Positions 34,934 through 44,944 are shown, counted from the first letter of the stretch. The stretch is DNA of 64,000 nucleotides from Bacteroidota bacterium (GCA_043810345.1 JBDROF010000006.1:6603-70602); one strand, 5' to 3'. A program made the numbers and translations. The notes: generated by a model not told the origin, from the letters alone.

Positions 34934-35779
34934 ATGACATTCACTGAGCTTCTTGAATACCACCTCGCCGACATCGGGAACTTCTCCCTCACGGTTTCCG
35001 AATTGTTACTCATCGTGGTGATCTTTATCGCAACGTGGTTCCTCCTTTTTTTGATCAAAAGAGTGGTAGTCAGAACCATGTCAAAAGACAAATATGTAGC
35101 CGGACGACAATACTCCGTCTTCCTGCTGATAAGATACCTGGTCTGGATCATTGCCATCGTACTGATCATCGAAACGATCGGGGTGAAGGTCACGTTCCTG
35201 ATCGCCAGCTCTGCTGCTCTTCTGGTCGGACTTGGCCTGGGTTTGCAACAGATCTTTCAGGACATCGTCTCGGGAATTTTTATCCTTTTTGAGGGGACTA
35301 TCAAGGTAGACGACATCCTGGATGTAGGAGGGATAGTTGGAAAAATCAAAGAGATCCACCTCCGTACTTCTACCCTCCTGACCCGGGACGGAACGGTGCT
35401 GATCATCCCTAACCATAAGTTCATCAACGAGAATGTGATCAACTGGAGCCATAACCTCGAACCCACCCGTTTCCGGGTGCAGGTTGGCGTCTCTTATAGT
35501 TCAGATGAGACACAGGTGCGGGATATCCTCTATCAGTGTGCGGCCGAACATCCAGAGGTGATCAACGACCAGCCGGAGATCAAACCCATCGTACGAATTA
35601 TCGATTTCGGCGACAGCTCCGTGGTTTTTGAGATCCTCTTCTGGAGTCACGACATGTTCTGGATCGAAAACATCAAAAGCGATATCCGCTTCAAGATCCG
35701 GGAGAAATTCAGGAAAGAGGGAGTTGTTATTCCATTCCCGCAGAGAGATGTGCACGTAATTGCTCCTCCAGCACCCTGA
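34934..35779 (+). CDS. mechanosensitive ion channel (MscS family) protein
   Basis: Three TM helices, then [22 protein letters not shown]...[20 protein letters not shown]. Confidence 0.85.
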   Translation: MTFTELLEYHLADIGNFSLTVSELLLIVVIFIATWFLLFLIKRVVVRTMSKDKYVAGRQYSVFLLIRYLVWIIAIVLIIETIGVKVTFLIASSAALLVGLGLGLQQIFQDIVSGIFILFEGTIKVDDILDVGGIVGKIKEIHLRTSTLLTRDGTVLIIPNHKFINENVINWSHNLEPTRFRVQVGVSYSSDETQVRDILYQCAAEHPEVINDQPEIKPIVRIIDFGDSSVVFEILFWSHDMFWIENIKSDIRFKIREKFRKEGVVIPFPQRDVHVIAPPAP

Positions 35780-38465
35780 TCCTCGCTTTCGCGTCGGCTT
35801 TTTTCTTTCGTTCGTTCTCGACCACGTTTGACGGCGCGTTGCTGACAAACCGTTCGTTGCACAGCTTCTTCTCTACCGAGGCCAGAAATCCCCGGGTATA
35901 GGCCAGCTCCTCCTGCAGCTTGCGAAGCTCCTCTTCGCGATCCACCTGTGCGGAGAGAGGAATGTAGAATTCAGTGGTCCGCACCACAAACGAAACCGTG
36001 CCGGCCTGCTTCTCATCCACATAAGCCAGTTCGTCGATCCCGCAGAGCTTCATCACCACCTCATCAAAGGTGACATCCACCGGTTCGGAGTGGTTCTTTT
36101 TGATCATCATCCGGATCTTCTCCTTCTGGGCGATGTTTTTCTCTTTCCTGACCGTCCGGATAGCGGTGACAACCTCCTTTGCAAATTCGAATGATTTAAG
36201 TAATCCGGGATCCGGTAAATACCCCTCCCCCAGCCCCTCCCCAACAAGGGAGGGAGATAAGCCCCCTTCAGGGGATTTGGGGGTACAATCCGGGATCGGC
36301 GCTATCATTATCGAGGCTCCCTGTTCCCTTTCAGCCAGCCGCTGCCAGATCTCTTCGGTAATAAAAGGGAGGAAAGGATGAAGCACCCGCAGGAGTTCAT
36401 CAAAAAAACCGACCGTTGCCTGGAAGGTCATGGAATCGATGGGCTGCCGGAAACCAGGTTTGATCATCTCCAGGTACCACGAACAGAAATCATCCCAGAA
36501 GAGCTTATAGATTGCCATCAGGACTTCTGACAACCGGTAGGCCACAAACAACTCTTCGATCTCCTTCAACGATTGGGCAAACTGACTCTCAAACCAGGCT
36601 GCGGAAACCTGACATGCCTGTGTTTGCCCCTGAGATGCATCCACCTCCCACCCCTTTACCAACCGGAATGCGTTCCATAACTTATTGCAGAAGTTCCTTC
36701 CCTGTTCAATCAATCCTTCATCAAAGAGCAGATCGTTGCCTGCCGGGGAACATAAAAGCATCCCCATCCTGACTGCATCGGCTCCGTGCTGATCAATCAG
36801 CCGAAGGGGTTCAGGCGAATTTCCCATCGACTTGGACATCTTTCGCCCCGTTTTATCCCGCACAATACCCGTAAAATAGACGTTGTGAAAAGGGATCTCG
36901 TTCCGGTATTCCAGTCCGGCCATGATCATCCGGGCCACCCAGAAAAAGATGATCTCGGGAGCGGTAACCAGGTCATGGGTCGGGTAGTAGTAATTGATAT
37001 CCGGGTTATCCGGCTTCCTGATGCCATCAAACACCGAGATCGGCCACAACCAGCTGGAGAACCAGGTGTCCATGACATCAGGATCCTGGGTAAGATCGTG
37101 AATCGTGAGACGTGAGACGTGAGACGTGATTGCGGACTGCGGACTGTGGACTGCAGACTTGGCTTTTTCAAAGGCCTCTTCTTTGCTCTTCGCCACGATC
37201 ACCGTCCCATCGGGGAGGTACCAGGCCGGGATCCGCTGTCCCCACCAGAGCTGGCGGGAGATGCACCAATCCTGGACGTGTTCCATCCAGTGACGGTACA
37301 TGTTCTTGTATTTGGAAGGGTGGAAACGAACCGTATCGTTCTCAACCACCTCCAATGCCGGGCCTGCCAGCTCTTTCATCCGGAGGAACCACTGCACGGA
37401 GATCCTCGGTTCGATCACTTCATCGGTGCGTTCGGAGTAGCCAATCTTATTTGCGTAATCTTCAATTTTTACAATGTGCCCGGCGGCATCAAGGTCGGTC
37501 ACGATCTTTTTCCGCACGGCAAACCGCTCCTCACCAATGTAAAGTTGGGCAGCTTCACTCATGGTGCCATCGGGGTTGAAGGTATCCACCACCTCCAGGT
37601 TGTGTTTGAGTCCCAGGTTGTAATCGTTGATATCATGGGCCGGCGTGACTTTCAGTGCGCCAGTTCCAAACGCTATATCTACATAGTCATCAAAGATGAC
37701 CGGCACCGACCGGTTGATCAGCGGAATGAGAATACGTTTGCCTTTCAGATGGGCATACTTGTCATCATCCGGGTGGACGCAAATGGCTGTGTCGCCCAGG
37801 ATCGTTTCGGGCCGGGTGGTAGCAATCGTCACATGCTCATCAACCGTATCCTCTATCTTGTACCGGAGGTAATATAACTTCGATTGCACCTCTTTGTAGA
37901 TTACCTCCTCATCGGAAACAACTGTCAGCGCCAAGGGGTCCCAGTTCACCATACGGGCTCCACGATAGATTAATCCCTTGTTATACAGATCGATAAATAC
38001 ATCGATAACCGAATCGTACCTGGCTTCATCCATGGTAAAACAGGTCCGATCCCAGTCGCACGAAGCTCCCAGCTTCTTCAACTGTTCCAGGATGATCCCC
38101 CCATGTTTCTCTTTCCACGTCCAGGCATGCTCCAAAAACTGCTCCCGGTTAAGTTCCGATTTATCGATCCCCTCCTCTTTGAGTTTCGCCACTACCTTGG
38201 CCTCTGTGGCAATGGATGCATGATCGGTGCCGGGAACCCAGCAGGCATTTTTGCCGCTCATCCGGGCTTTCCTGACCAGGATATCCTGGATCGTATTGTT
38301 GAGCATGTGCCCCATGTGGAGGACACCGGTTACATTCGGAGGGGGAATTACAATGCAGTAAGGTTTGCGGTTGTCGGGTTCAGAATGAAAATATCCCTGT
38401 TTCATCCAGTAGTCGTACCATTTGCTCTCAACTAATGCAGGGTTATATCTTGAAGGAATCTCCAT
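35727..38465 (-). CDS. valS: valine--tRNA ligase, with two repeat-derived in-frame insertions
   Basis: [13 protein letters not shown] (HIGH), KMSKSMGN (KMSKS), the editing domain and a C-terminal coiled coil. Insertions are at about 37097-37159 and 36211-36296. Confidence 0.95.
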   Translation of the reverse strand: MEIPSRYNPALVESKWYDYWMKQGYFHSEPDNRKPYCIVIPPPNVTGVLHMGHMLNNTIQDILVRKARMSGKNACWVPGTDHASIATEAKVVAKLKEEGIDKSELNREQFLEHAWTWKEKHGGIILEQLKKLGASCDWDRTCFTMDEARYDSVIDVFIDLYNKGLIYRGARMVNWDPLALTVVSDEEVIYKEVQSKLYYLRYKIEDTVDEHVTIATTRPETILGDTAICVHPDDDKYAHLKGKRILIPLINRSVPVIFDDYVDIAFGTGALKVTPAHDINDYNLGLKHNLEVVDTFNPDGTMSEAAQLYIGEERFAVRKKIVTDLDAAGHIVKIEDYANKIGYSERTDEVIEPRISVQWFLRMKELAGPALEVVENDTVRFHPSKYKNMYRHWMEHVQDWCISRQLWWGQRIPAWYLPDGTVIVAKSKEEAFEKAKSAVHSPQSAITSHVSRLTIHDLTQDPDVMDTWFSSWLWPISVFDGIRKPDNPDINYYYPTHDLVTAPEIIFFWVARMIMAGLEYRNEIPFHNVYFTGIVRDKTGRKMSKSMGNSPEPLRLIDQHGADAVRMGMLLCSPAGNDLLFDEGLIEQGRNFCNKLWNAFRLVKGWEVDASQGQTQACQVSAAWFESQFAQSLKEIEELFVAYRLSEVLMAIYKLFWDDFCSWYLEMIKPGFRQPIDSMTFQATVGFFDELLRVLHPFLPFITEEIWQRLAEREQGASIMIAPIPDCTPKSPEGGLSPSLVGEGLGEGYLPDPGLLKSFEFAKEVVTAIRTVRKEKNIAQKEKIRMMIKKNHSEPVDVTFDEVVMKLCGIDELAYVDEKQAGTVSFVVRTTEFYIPLSAQVDREEELRKLQEELAYTRGFLASVEKKLCNERFVSNAPSNVVENERKKKADAKARIRVLEEQLRAHLSAGME
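36211..36296. repeat. two GC-tract hairpin modules inserted in frame in valS
   Basis: Encodes ...[27 protein letters not shown]... Matches the intergenic copies at 8967-8987 and 17388-17415. Confidence 0.8.
37097..37159. repeat. 9 heptamer units (5x CGTGA[G/A/T][A/T] plus 4x G[C/T][G/A]GACT) in frame in valS
   Basis: Read directly. 63 bp = 21 codons, encoding [20 protein letters not shown]. Confidence 0.9.
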
Positions 38466-38544
38466 CGTGTATCAGTCAATTTAGAAGCTGCAAAATTACG
38501 AAAACCGGGATAAATACTTCCTCCCAGCCCCACATAACAGGGCT

Positions 38545-38576
38545 AATTCATAATTCGTAATTCGTAATTCGTAATT
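38545..38576. repeat. (AATTC[A/G]T)x4.5 heptamer array
   Basis: Read directly, in the valS upstream / DUF58 downstream intergenic region. Confidence 0.9.
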
Positions 38577-38612
38577 GGCTCCGCCGAACTCCGCTTCGCT
38601 CCGGTTCGTAAT

Positions 38613-39569
38613 TCAATACAGTTTGCTCCTCTTGACCAGGTAAGGCAGCAGCACCTGTTCAAACCCTCTTTTAATATCGGCCTCCACCAGGTCAATGCGG
38701 TACTGTCCGCACCGGAGCTTCAGCTCCTCCCTGAACCGGCCAACCGCCTCCATGTATTGTTGCTTCACCTCCGAAGGGAAAAGTTTGACCTGCTGTCCGG
38801 TCTCCATGTCGATGAAGCGGTAGGGACGGTTCTCAAAGGAAAAATCAACCTCTTTGGATTGATCCGTGACGTGAAAGAGGACGACTTCATGCCTGTTATG
38901 CTTCAGGTGCTGGAGCGAGGCAAAGAGTTCATCGGGATCCCGGGTATTTTCAAACATATCGCTGAAGATGACGACCAGGGAGCGTTTATGGATCCGTTCT
39001 GCCAGTTCATGGATGGTATCTGCCACAGCCGTTCTCTTCCTGGTGCCCGGTGATATGGGATGAATCAGCTTCTCCAGCTCCGAAAAGAGGTATTTGTGAT
39101 GGACGTTACTGGATTTGGATGGGGTGTGGAGTTCAATCATGTCTGAAAAAATACTGACCCCGGCAGCATCCCGTTGCTTGCGGAAGAGATAGATCAATGC
39201 AGCACTGACATAGATGGAAAAGGTGATCTTATTGGGATGGTCAATATCGGGTTTCTCCAGCACGGGGTAGTACATGGAAGAAGAGTTATCGATCAGGATC
39301 TGGCAGCGCAGGTTAGTCTCTTCCTCATACCTTTTTACATAGAGTCTGTCAGTGCGGCCATAGAGTTTCCAGTCTATGTTGCGGATCGACTCTCCGGAGT
39401 TGTACAACCGGTGTTCGGCAAACTCGACGGAGAATCCATGAAAGGGGCTTTTATGCAATCCTGTGATAAATCCCTCTACCACCTGGCGGGCAAGGAATTC
39501 CAAGGAGCTGAACTGTTCCAGGCGGGATTGGTCAATGGGGGGAGGAGGCAATTTATAAATGTTTTTCAA
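38613..39569 (-). CDS. DUF58 domain-containing protein (MoxR-associated, vWA-like)
   Basis: HKSPFHGFSVEFAEHRLYNSGESIRNIDWKLYGRTDRLYVKRYEEE is the DUF58 signature as I recall it. Confidence 0.8.
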   Translation of the reverse strand: MKNIYKLPPPPIDQSRLEQFSSLEFLARQVVEGFITGLHKSPFHGFSVEFAEHRLYNSGESIRNIDWKLYGRTDRLYVKRYEEETNLRCQILIDNSSSMYYPVLEKPDIDHPNKITFSIYVSAALIYLFRKQRDAAGVSIFSDMIELHTPSKSSNVHHKYLFSELEKLIHPISPGTRKRTAVADTIHELAERIHKRSLVVIFSDMFENTRDPDELFASLQHLKHNRHEVVLFHVTDQSKEVDFSFENRPYRFIDMETGQQVKLFPSEVKQQYMEAVGRFREELKLRCGQYRIDLVEADIKRGFEQVLLPYLVKRSKLY

Positions 39570-39870
39570 TTATCCCCTTATACGTAGCCTTGGGGACAGC
39601 TCCCACCTGTTTGTCAACAATCTCTCCATTCTTAAAAAAGAGTACAGTAGGAATATTCCGGACATGGTAAGTAGCTGTGGTAGAGGGGTTTTCGTCAACA
39701 TTTAGCTCTCCGGCCACAATACGGCCTACGTATTCATCTGCCAGTTCATGGATGATGGGGCCTACCATCCGGCATGGTCCGCACCATTCAGCGCTCAGGT
39801 CGACTACGGCGAGCTTGTCAGCTTTGATGACTTTCTCATCAAAATTGGCATCGGTGAAAGATTCAAACAT
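39553..39870 (-). CDS. trxA: thioredoxin
   Basis: 105 aa with the WCGPC active site. Confidence 0.95.
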   Translation of the reverse strand: MFESFTDANFDEKVIKADKLAVVDLSAEWCGPCRMVGPIIHELADEYVGRIVAGELNVDENPSTTATYHVRNIPTVLFFKNGEIVDKQVGAVPKATYKGIIEKHL

Positions 39871-39909
39871 AGGTTATTCAATTAAGAATTAAGCATTACA
39901 AAGATAGGG

Positions 39910-42900
39910 TTATTCCTGAGATACACGTACTTCAAGTTCATCAGAATCGGCAAGCTGGTCGATCATCTCTCTTGGGTTCACTTTAAATTTTCTGGAGGGC
40001 AAATCGATCGCCAGTTCAGCATCCTTATCGTAGACGCGGACCCTCAGGCTGCATTTCCCTTTTTTACTTTTTGCCAGTGCATAGGTCTTTTCTATCAACT
40101 CCGCGTTCAGGTCGCTGAGCTTCACGGTAACTGAGAGATTCTTTGCGTATTTCTCCATCACCTCCGTCAACAGAGTCATGTTCGTGACTTTCACCCGGAG
40201 CTGGTCAGGTGCATCATAGCGGGTCTCTACACGAGCTTTCACGTAAACATACATACCCTCCTCCAGCAGGTGCTTCCATTTCAGGTAATCCTCCGAATAG
40301 AGAAAGAGGTTCATGGAGTCGAGGTAATCTTCGAGGGTGAATGAGCCATATGGTTTCCCGTTTTTCCCTATCTTATGAGCAGAGGCGATCACAATTCCGG
40401 CAAACGAAACATCCCTATTCCGGAACTCCTTCATATCGGCCTTCAGCTTTTCGAGGGTAACTGTACAGAAACTCTTCATCTCCATGTTGAAATCGTCCAG
40501 CGGATGACCGGTCATATAGAACCCTGTAATCTCTTTTTCATGCTTTAATTGTTCAATCCTCGTCCAGGGATGGCATTCAGGAAGCTGCAATTCGGTCATT
40601 TCGATCTCCTCATCCTCTCCGAACAGCGACTGCTGAGAGGAGTTCTTCCGGGCTGCGTAATCGGCAGCATGACGGATGACCTTCTCCAGGAAGGTGTTCT
40701 CTTCACCCGGTTCCTGGAAAAAGTACTGGGCACGGTGGGTATGTTCAAACCCATCGAACGCCCCGGCTTTGGCAAGCGCTTCAAGGCAACGTTTGTTGAC
40801 GGTATGGGCATTGACGCGGGTGGTGAGGTCGAAGATGCTGGAGAAGGGTCCGTTTTTCGTTCGTTCCTCTATGATGCTCATCACGGCCGACTCCCCTACA
40901 TTTTTAATTCCTGCCATGCCAAACCGGATCTCCCCTTTTTTATTGACAGTGAATTTCAGCTCGCTCTCATTGACATCCGGTCCCAGCACAGAAAGATGCA
41001 TCCGTTTACACTCCTCGATGAAAAGGGTGATCTCCTTCAGGTCAGTGAGGTTACGGCTCAACACTGCAGCCATGAATTCGGCCGGATAGTGTGCTTTTAG
41101 GTAAGCCATCCGGTAGGCTACATAGGCATAACAGGTGCTGTGAGATTTGTTAAAGGCATAATTGGCAAAAGCTTCCCAATCTTTCCAGATCTTGATGACG
41201 ATCTTTTCATCATGCCCGTTTTGTTTACACCCTGCGATGAATTTGGGTTTCAGCTCGTTCATCATCGACTCGATCTTTTTTCCCATGGCCTTACGCAGCG
41301 AGTCGGCCTCCCCTTTGGTAAACCCTGCCAGCAACTGGCTCAGAAGCATCACCTGTTCCTGATACACGGTGATTCCATAGGTGTCCTTCAGGTACTTCTC
41401 CATTTCAGGAATGTCGTAAGAGATCTTCTCCCGGCCATGTTTCCGGTTGATGAACCTGGGGATGTAGTCCATTGGCCCGGGCCGGTAGAGGGCGTTCATG
41501 GCAATCAGGTCCTCGATCTTATTCGGCTTCAGGTCCCGAAGGTACTTTTTCATCCCGTCCGACTCAAACTGAAAGATCCCGGTGGTTTTTCCCTGGCTGA
41601 ATAACTGGTATGTCAGTTCATCATCCAATGGAATGGATTCGATATCAATCGTAATCCCTTTGGAGTTTTTCACATTCCTGACCGCATCGTTGATGATAGC
41701 CAGGGTTTTCAGTCCCAGGAAATCCATCTTCAGCATCCCCACTTTCTCGATATGGTCTCCATCATACTGGGTGACCAGGAGGTCTGACTCTTTCGAAACG
41801 GTAATCGGGACATGTTCGATCAGGCTGTTTTTCCCGATGATGATTCCACAGGCATGCAGTCCGGTTTGCCGGATGGACCCTTCGAGTGTCTCCGCATACT
41901 TCAGTGTTTCGGAGACCAGTTTGTTGGCTGACATCCGCAACGCTTTCAACTCAGGAACCTCTTCGTAGGCCTGTCTCAGGGTGATCCCCGGCCTGGAGGG
42001 AACCAGTTTGGTGATGCGGTTGACTTCATCCAGTGGCATCTCGTGTACCCTGGCCACATCGCGGATCGCACCTTTAGCTGCCATCGTTCCGAAGGTGATG
42101 ATCTGGGCTACCTTGTCTTTCCCATACTTCTCCACCACCCATTTGAGCACCTTCTCTCGGCCGTCTTCATCGAAATCGATATCGATATCCGGCATCGAGA
42201 TCCGGTCGGGATTAAGGAACCGCTCAAATAGCAGGTGGTACTGCAATGGATCTATATCGGTGATCCGGGTGGCGTAAGCCACCACCGATCCGGCAGCGGA
42301 GCCACGACCCGGGCCTACGGATACGCCCATTTCCCGGGCAGCGTCCAGCAGATCCTGAACGATCAGAAAATAGCCCGGGTAACCCATTTTTTTAATCGTA
42401 TCCAGCTCGAAATCGATCCGTTCCCTGATCTCCCCGGTAATCTCCGGATAGCGCCTGGCTGCTCCCTCATAGGTTTGATGCCTCAGGTAAGCGTCGGCAT
42501 CCTCGAAGCCTTCAGGGATGGAAAAATCCGGCATGACCGGATCCCTGTCCAGGGAAAATTTCTCAACCTTCTCCGCGATCTCCAGGGTATGATCAAGTGC
42601 TTCCGGGATATCAGCGAAAAGTTCATTCATCTGCTTGCGCGACTTAAACCACTCCTGACCCGTGTATCGAAGCCTGTTTGTCTCAGTCATCACCTTGCCG
42701 GTATTGATACACAGCAACCGGTCATGTGCTTCAGCATCCTCTTCATGGAGAAAGTGAACATCATTGGTGGCGATCAGTTTGACCCCTGTCGTTCTGGAGA
42801 GTTCAATCAAGGCATTGTTGACCAGCGTTTGCCGCTGAAACACACTCGCATCGCGGGTGGAGTCTGTCACCTGATGGCGAATGAGCTCCAGGTAGAAATC

Positions 42901-43407
42901 CTCTCCAAATATCTCTTTAAATTCAAGAATGTTTCGTTCTGCCCGCTCCGGATCATCCGCCAGGATAGCTCGTGGGATCTGTCCGGCCAAACAGGCGGAA
43001 GAGGCGATCAGACCCTCGTGAACCTGCTTCAGTAACTCTTTGTCGATCCTGGGTTTGTAATAGTGTCCCTTTGTCCATGCCAGCGAGATCAGCTTCACCA
43101 GGTTGTAATAACCTGTCCTATTTTTAACCAGCAGGATAAGATGATCTCCCTTTCTGTCAACCACATCCACCTTATCCACCATCCCACGCCTGGCAACATA
43201 GGTTTCACACCCGATGATCGGAGTGAAATCAGTAAATGCTTTGCAAGTCTGCGTGAACTCCTTCACCCCGAAGAGATTTCCATGATCGGTAACGGCCACG
43301 CCCCGCATCCCGTCATCGACGGCCTTCTGTACCAAACTCTTGATATGACAGGCTCCATCGAGGATGGAGTAGGGTGAATGCACATGCAAATGGACGAAAT
43401 CCCTCAT
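39910..43407 (-). CDS. dnaE: DNA polymerase III subunit alpha
   Basis: The PHP domain starts FVHLHVHSPYSILDG, followed by the polymerase core, HhH and OB regions. The start is taken at MRDFVHL (cat at 43405-43407) rather than the longest ORF. Confidence 0.95.
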   Translation of the reverse strand: MRDFVHLHVHSPYSILDGACHIKSLVQKAVDDGMRGVAVTDHGNLFGVKEFTQTCKAFTDFTPIIGCETYVARRGMVDKVDVVDRKGDHLILLVKNRTGYYNLVKLISLAWTKGHYYKPRIDKELLKQVHEGLIASSACLAGQIPRAILADDPERAERNILEFKEIFGEDFYLELIRHQVTDSTRDASVFQRQTLVNNALIELSRTTGVKLIATNDVHFLHEEDAEAHDRLLCINTGKVMTETNRLRYTGQEWFKSRKQMNELFADIPEALDHTLEIAEKVEKFSLDRDPVMPDFSIPEGFEDADAYLRHQTYEGAARRYPEITGEIRERIDFELDTIKKMGYPGYFLIVQDLLDAAREMGVSVGPGRGSAAGSVVAYATRITDIDPLQYHLLFERFLNPDRISMPDIDIDFDEDGREKVLKWVVEKYGKDKVAQIITFGTMAAKGAIRDVARVHEMPLDEVNRITKLVPSRPGITLRQAYEEVPELKALRMSANKLVSETLKYAETLEGSIRQTGLHACGIIIGKNSLIEHVPITVSKESDLLVTQYDGDHIEKVGMLKMDFLGLKTLAIINDAVRNVKNSKGITIDIESIPLDDELTYQLFSQGKTTGIFQFESDGMKKYLRDLKPNKIEDLIAMNALYRPGPMDYIPRFINRKHGREKISYDIPEMEKYLKDTYGITVYQEQVMLLSQLLAGFTKGEADSLRKAMGKKIESMMNELKPKFIAGCKQNGHDEKIVIKIWKDWEAFANYAFNKSHSTCYAYVAYRMAYLKAHYPAEFMAAVLSRNLTDLKEITLFIEECKRMHLSVLGPDVNESELKFTVNKKGEIRFGMAGIKNVGESAVMSIIEERTKNGPFSSIFDLTTRVNAHTVNKRCLEALAKAGAFDGFEHTHRAQYFFQEPGEENTFLEKVIRHAADYAARKNSSQQSLFGEDEEIEMTELQLPECHPWTRIEQLKHEKEITGFYMTGHPLDDFNMEMKSFCTVTLEKLKADMKEFRNRDVSFAGIVIASAHKIGKNGKPYGSFTLEDYLDSMNLFLYSEDYLKWKHLLEEGMYVYVKARVETRYDAPDQLRVKVTNMTLLTEVMEKYAKNLSVTVKLSDLNAELIEKTYALAKSKKGKCSLRVRVYDKDAELAIDLPSRKFKVNPREMIDQLADSDELEVRVSQE

Positions 43408-43572
43408 GGCTGTAAAAGTACTTAAAATCCTTCCGGCGATCGGGCAATGTTGATAAAAATGTACTATCTTTGTTAACAACTATAAAACACCTCCGCATCC
43501 TTTTTCAACTCCTGATCCTGGTACTATGCTAGTCAGCCTGGCCACACCTGAACCTTGAAGGGTATCATCATA

Positions 43573-43604
43573 TTTGTTTCTTATAATTTAAAGTGCTACT
43601 TTTG
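43573..43604 (+). promoter_or_regulatory. Bacteroidota-type promoter (-33 TTTG / -7 TAnnTTTG) of rpsP-rimM
   Basis: TTTG at 43573-43576 and TACTTTTG at 43597-43604, separated by 20 nt. The ATG is at 43649. Confidence 0.5.
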
Positions 43605-43648
43605 CACCCCAATTTCATACACCTAATTTTGCAATTCATTGAAGTAAC

Positions 43649-44374
43649 ATGCCAGCAAAGATCAGATTACAGAGAAGGGGTAAAAAGGGACAACCTTTTT
43701 ATCACATTATGATTGCGGATGGTCGTGCACCACGTGACGGAAGATTCATTGAAAAAATTGGCTATTACAATCCTCTGACCAAACCTGCAGAGATTGAGAT
43801 CAATTTTGAGAGCGCCCTTTACTGGTTGCAGAAGGGAGCACAACCCACGGATACGGTCAGAGCCATCCTCTCCTACAAAGGAGTTATGTACAAAAACCAC
43901 CTGCTGAAAGGAGTTCAGAAGGGAGCGTTGACACCCGAACAGGTTGAAGAGAAGTTCCAGGTATGGCTCTCGGAAAAGGAGGCCAGGATCAACTCGAAAA
44001 AGAATGAACAGGAGCTGAGTCTCAAAGAGGCGCACAAAGCTGCCCTCGACCATGAGAAAAAGGTAAACGAAACCAAAGCCCAGGCTCTGGCAAAGAAATA
44101 TGCCAAGGCAAAGAAAGCAGCTGAAGGAGAAGCCGAAGAAGAGGGTCCTGCTGCGAAAGAGGGAGCCACGGAGGTGACCGGGTCTGTAGCGGAACCTGCG
44201 GCCGGAGAGGTGACTGAGGAGGGTGCAAAAGCTGAAGAACCAGCTCCAGAAGAGGAACCAACCCAAGAAGAACCGACCGAAGAAGAACCAACCGGGGAAG
44301 AACCAACCGTGGAAGAACCAACCGTAGAAGAACCAACCGTGGAAGAACCAAAGAAAGAGGAACCGTTGCCGTAA
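43649..44374 (+). CDS. rpsP: 30S ribosomal protein S16 with acidic repeat tail
   Basis: [42 protein letters not shown]. The C-terminal half is Lys/Ala/Glu-rich and ends in EEPTx pentapeptide repeats. Confidence 0.9.
   Translation: MPAKIRLQRRGKKGQPFYHIMIADGRAPRDGRFIEKIGYYNPLTKPAEIEINFESALYWLQKGAQPTDTVRAILSYKGVMYKNHLLKGVQKGALTPEQVEEKFQVWLSEKEARINSKKNEQELSLKEAHKAALDHEKKVNETKAQALAKKYAKAKKAAEGEAEEEGPAAKEGATEVTGSVAEPAAGEVTEEGAKAEEPAPEEEPTQEEPTEEEPTGEEPTVEEPTVEEPTVEEPKKEEPLP
44252..44356 (+). repeat. 7 x 15-bp coding repeat (GAAGAACCAACCnnn; EEPTx) in the rpsP tail
   Basis: Read directly. In frame. Confidence 0.9.
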
Positions 44375-44392
44375 CCCTTGAACTTTGGAGAT

Positions 44393-44917
44393 ATGAATCC
44401 GGATGATTTCTACTACCTGGGGAAGATACTGAAAAGACATGGGAATCATGGTCATTTGATGGCACTCCTCGAAGTGGACGACGCCAGGGATTACCAACAT
44501 CTGAAATCCGTTTATGTCGATGTGTCACATGAACGGATTCCTTTTTTTATTGAATCGGTGGAATTGTTGGAAAAGAAAAAGATACTCCTGAAAATTCAGG
44601 ATGTGTCCACCCCTGATCACGCCGATGCCTTTGCAGGACGTGAGTTGTATCTGCCCCTCTCCTCCCTCCCTGAACTGGAGGGAAACCGATTCTATTACCA
44701 TGAAGTGAAAGGATTCCTCATCATCGACGAGGTGTTTGGTGAATTGGGGATCATCGAAGATATCCTGGAACTGCCCCGGCAGTCCCTGTTTCAGATCAGA
44801 TATCAACATAAAGAGATCCTCATCCCGGTGGTTGATGAAGTGATCCGGGAGGTCAGCCGGGCTAACCAGACCATTTACATCCGTGCACCGGAGGGATTAA
44901 TTGACCTTTATCTTTAG
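44393..44917 (+). CDS. rimM: ribosome maturation factor RimM
   Basis: Directly follows rpsP. YLGKILKRHGNHGHL...FYYHEVKGF... has the RimM/PRC-barrel pattern. The first ATG is chosen over the upstream TTG. Confidence 0.85.
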   Translation: MNPDDFYYLGKILKRHGNHGHLMALLEVDDARDYQHLKSVYVDVSHERIPFFIESVELLEKKKILLKIQDVSTPDHADAFAGRELYLPLSSLPELEGNRFYYHEVKGFLIIDEVFGELGIIEDILELPRQSLFQIRYQHKEILIPVVDEVIREVSRANQTIYIRAPEGLIDLYL

Positions 44918-44936
44918 GAAATAAACAGAATCCATG

Positions 44937-44944
44937 TAACTTTG
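44937..44944 (+). promoter_or_regulatory. Bacteroidota-type -7 promoter box (gdhA)
   Basis: TAACTTTG, 42 nt before the ATG at 44986. Confidence 0.45.

Noticed and set aside
37119-37877. 252-aa + strand ORF inside valS. A similar + strand ORF lies at 42235-43035 inside dnaE.
   Set aside because: Both are antisense to highly conserved housekeeping genes and have no motifs. These are typical long shadow ORFs in moderately GC-rich coding DNA.
43667-44500. 277-aa minus-strand ORF (with two more overlapping minus-strand ORFs) opposite rpsP/rimM.
   Set aside because: The translation is low-complexity (WFFHGWFF repeats) and simply mirrors the EEPTx coding repeats. The + strand carries unmistakable S16 and RimM. 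This is a shadow ORF.
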